IMG/VR virus record: IMGVR_UViG_3300020045_002572
Location: 1 to 38,494 of that record
Source: a virus
Taxonomy: Duplodnaviria; Caudoviricetes
Strand: one strand, 5' to 3'
DNA: 38,494 nucleotides
Translations under genes and position numbers: made by a program
In this document: positions 36,234 through 38,494 of the stretch, in pieces
Numbering within the stretch: the first letter of the stretch is position 1
Layout of the letters: each line of letters opens with the position of its first letter
The notes under the pieces: model-generated
What the model was told of the DNA's origin: nothing
Seen by the model: only the letters and a program-made list of their open reading frames with translations
Databases searched by the model: none

Positions 36234-36548
36234 ATGGATATATTCGGAAAACACATTTTTGGAAGTGATGCGGAGCAATTTATTGATTTATGCTTTGAGG
36301 AGCAAGTTAAATGGATTGAAAAGCACACAAACCAAAGAGATAAAGAGCAAATAAAGCTATTACTTACAAATTTAGTAATAGGCAAAGACGAGTGTTTAGA
36401 TTGTAAAAAAGAGCGTGAAAACTATGGCAATATCAGTAAAACAATACCAACAGAGGTTGCAACCGATACTCAATCAATCGACAATGCAGAACTTAGTCAA
36501 GGAAATAATACTAAGCGACCAAGAGCGACTAAAAGAGCAAAAAATTGA
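36234..36548 (+). CDS. Hypothetical tail-region protein
   Basis: ATTATG start; last ~41 codons overlap the next gene. Confidence 0.55.
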   Translation: MDIFGKHIFGSDAEQFIDLCFEEQVKWIEKHTNQRDKEQIKLLLTNLVIGKDECLDCKKERENYGNISKTIPTEVATDTQSIDNAELSQGNNTKRPRATKRAKN

Positions 36549-36870
36549 TGAGTTTGAGCAAGGTTTAAGACCTGATGGAAGTAGAATAGGTCGTTATCGT
36601 GATGAGAATTATAGACAAATAAAATTAGCACAAAACCCTAAAGCCGATGGTTATGTAGATTTACTTTATACTTATAGAACTGCGAGAAGTTTATTTGTAA
36701 GAACATTTAGAGAGGGTTACTTATTTAATTGGAATGATGAACATAATTTAGTTGGGCGTTACGGATTAGATATTTTAGGAATAAACCAAGATTGGTTCTA
36801 TAAAAGACAAAAAGATATTTATAGATTAACATTGACTTATAAAATAAAAAAACAATATAAAATTGCCTAA
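36424..36870 (+). CDS. Tail completion / virion morphogenesis protein (putative; start likely 36424)
   Basis: Basic; GLRPDGSRI.RY...VDLLYT...LVGRYGLDILGI pattern. Confidence 0.55.
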   Translation: MAISVKQYQQRLQPILNQSTMQNLVKEIILSDQERLKEQKIDEFEQGLRPDGSRIGRYRDENYRQIKLAQNPKADGYVDLLYTYRTARSLFVRTFREGYLFNWNDEHNLVGRYGLDILGINQDWFYKRQKDIYRLTLTYKIKKQYKIA

Positions 36871-37501
36871 ATACAACAACATATCAAACATCCCAGCTAA
36901 AACATTCTTTGAAATATTAAAGTCAAAGGATTACTTATTGTTGCAACCTACTAAAATAGAAAAAATATTATTATTTATCTGTAATTTATTACGCATAAAA
37001 TATAATAGATTAGAACGTATTTTTATTAGTATCTATGATGATTTTTTTATTAAATCCGATAATCACGAGGCTAAAAGGTATTTAGAATTAATCAACGATA
37101 TTTCATTTTACAAATATAAAATAGCAACGTTAAAGCAATCAATACATTTTTATTTTTATAATAAAACAACAGAGCAAATGCGGTTAGATTTTATTGATGC
37201 AATGAAAAAAGGTTATGCAATAGAAATTAACAAAGATGCTCCATTTATTGAAGAGGTTCAAAGAGTATTGACCATTGAAATAGGAATTATAAACAATGAC
37301 TTAAACTTTGCGCAAATTGAATTTGATGAAATGATAAACAAATCTAAAGGCAAAGATTTTGATTATTATGATAGTATTGGCGCACTGAGTAACGTATTAA
37401 TTAATAATTCACTATTAAAAGAGGATATGACTTTAGCGGTTTATGTTACATTAGAAAAGCAAGCACAAAGAATTGTAGAACAAAATAAAAAGAAAAAATA
37501 A
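36863..37501 (+). CDS. Tail assembly chaperone (putative)
   Basis: Directly upstream of the TMP; TAATG coupling. Confidence 0.5.
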   Translation: MPKYNNISNIPAKTFFEILKSKDYLLLQPTKIEKILLFICNLLRIKYNRLERIFISIYDDFFIKSDNHEAKRYLELINDISFYKYKIATLKQSIHFYFYNKTTEQMRLDFIDAMKKGYAIEINKDAPFIEEVQRVLTIEIGIINNDLNFAQIEFDEMINKSKGKDFDYYDSIGALSNVLINNSLLKEDMTLAVYVTLEKQAQRIVEQNKKKK

Positions 37502-38494
37502 TGGCAGAATTTATTGAATTTCTTTCGCCGAGCGCATTAAAAGACCTACAAACTGCAAACGCAGAACTTGTTACTATGATTAGCAACGTTGATAAAGTAG
37601 GTGCTAAAATGAAAGGCATTACTACACCAAGCGGTTCAGATAGTGCAGTTAAAAATATTAATGCAAAGCTTATTCAACAAGAAAAGCTTTACACTGATTT
37701 ACAGATAAAGTTGGAGCGTTACGCACAAGCACAAACACAAAGTGCAATTAAAACTAATCAATTAGAGGCGTCAACTATTCGTTTGAATAAAGCTAAAGAA
37801 TTATCTGTTAAGCAACTAGAAAGAGAACAAGCAAAATTAGAGGCTAATACTAACATTTATAACAAAGTACAAGCTAAACTAAATGCGTTGTCAAATGAGT
37901 ATAAAAACTTAGCAACTAAAAAAGAATTAAGCGGTAAATTAACCGATGCAGAGGCAAAAAGATACGATTATTTAAGCGGTAGAATTACAAAATACGATAA
38001 TACTTTAAAAGCGGTTGATGCCTCAATGGGTAAATATCAACGTAATGTAGGTAATTATGCAAGTGGATTTAATCCTTTAAATAATTCAATTAACCAGTTA
38101 ACACGTGAAATGCCAGCATTTGTAAATAGCGTACAGACTGGTTTTATGGCTATTTCTAATAACTTACCTATTTTCTTTGATGCGATGCAAGGAATAATTG
38201 CACAAAACAAAGTATTGCAAGCACAAGGACAACCAACAACAAGCGTTTTAAAACAATTAGCTGGAAGTTTTTTGTCTGTAGGTACTGCATTAAGTGTTGG
38301 AGTTACTTTATTAACGGTCTTTGGCGATGAAATTGTAGATGCTATTTTCAATACAAAGGCGAAACAAAAAGCAGATGAAGAGGCACAAAAAGCAATAGAA
38401 GAAAAAAATCAAGCTGAAAAGGATTATATCGAAACAATGAAAAAAGCTGGTAGTGATGAGATTTCACGCAGTCAAATATTGTTTGAAAATGCTA
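37501..38494 (+). CDS. Tail tape measure protein, N-terminal part (3'-truncated; not in ORF track)
   Basis: ATG at 37501, open to the window end; coiled-coil with in-frame YQRNVGNYASG and NQLTREMPAF motifs. Confidence 0.9.
   Translation, partial: MAEFIEFLSPSALKDLQTANAELVTMISNVDKVGAKMKGITTPSGSDSAVKNINAKLIQQEKLYTDLQIKLERYAQAQTQSAIKTNQLEASTIRLNKAKELSVKQLEREQAKLEANTNIYNKVQAKLNALSNEYKNLATKKELSGKLTDAEAKRYDYLSGRITKYDNTLKAVDASMGKYQRNVGNYASGFNPLNNSINQLTREMPAFVNSVQTGFMAISNNLPIFFDAMQGIIAQNKVLQAQGQPTTSVLKQLAGSFLSVGTALSVGVTLLTVFGDEIVDAIFNTKAKQKADEEAQKAIEEKNQAEKDYIETMKKAGSDEISRSQILFENA

Noticed and set aside
36404-36411. TAAAAAAG as a tail-chaperone -1 frameshift site
   Set aside because: AAAAAAG is phased AAA-AAA-G in ORF 36234, not A-AAA-AAG, and the overlapping gene is in the +1 frame.
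1055-38351. All minus-strand ORFs in the track
   Set aside because: They are antisense shadows of well-supported + strand genes or regulatory regions, with no recognisable motifs.
1-38494. Lysogeny module, tRNA genes, diversity-generating retroelement, recoded stop codons
   Set aside because: No integrase, repressor, reverse transcriptase, cloverleaf or template/variable repeat pair seen; genes are intact under the standard code.

Overview
Near-complete genome (~30% GC by eye) of a tailed dsDNA siphovirus-type phage, most likely infecting Flavobacteriaceae/Bacteroidota. Host inference rests on repeated TTTG-N19-TAnnTTTG promoters, AT-rich Shine-Dalgarno-less starts and DUF3127/DUF4373/DUF5675-like genes. 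The window opens and closes inside the tape-measure gene and all credible genes are on the + strand. Order: tail tip and fibre genes; a lysis module split by an HNH gene and a 2 kb block of small genes; early small-gene clusters; ERF/SSB/initiator/primase-helicase; methyltransferase and NinG; terminase, portal, protease, capsid and tail genes. I see no integrase, repressor, DNA polymerase, tRNA or CRISPR. The most notable signals are non-coding. (1) A recurring promoter -> ~100-130 nt pseudoknot/kissing-loop RNA -> gene unit lies before all three homing endonucleases and the replication initiator. (2) A 19-bp palindrome (ATTTAGAATnATTCTAAAT-like) sits exactly 11 bp upstream of the -33 element at four promoters. 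(3) An attC-like hairpin is followed by an inverted-repeat-bounded gene cassette, with no integrase present. (4) Eight GGCC sites fall in 293 bp of ninG, versus one seen in the rest of the window. (5) A GIY-YIG cassette appears to have split a gene and supplied a recoded N-terminus. All family assignments are by motif recognition only; no searches or folding programs were run.
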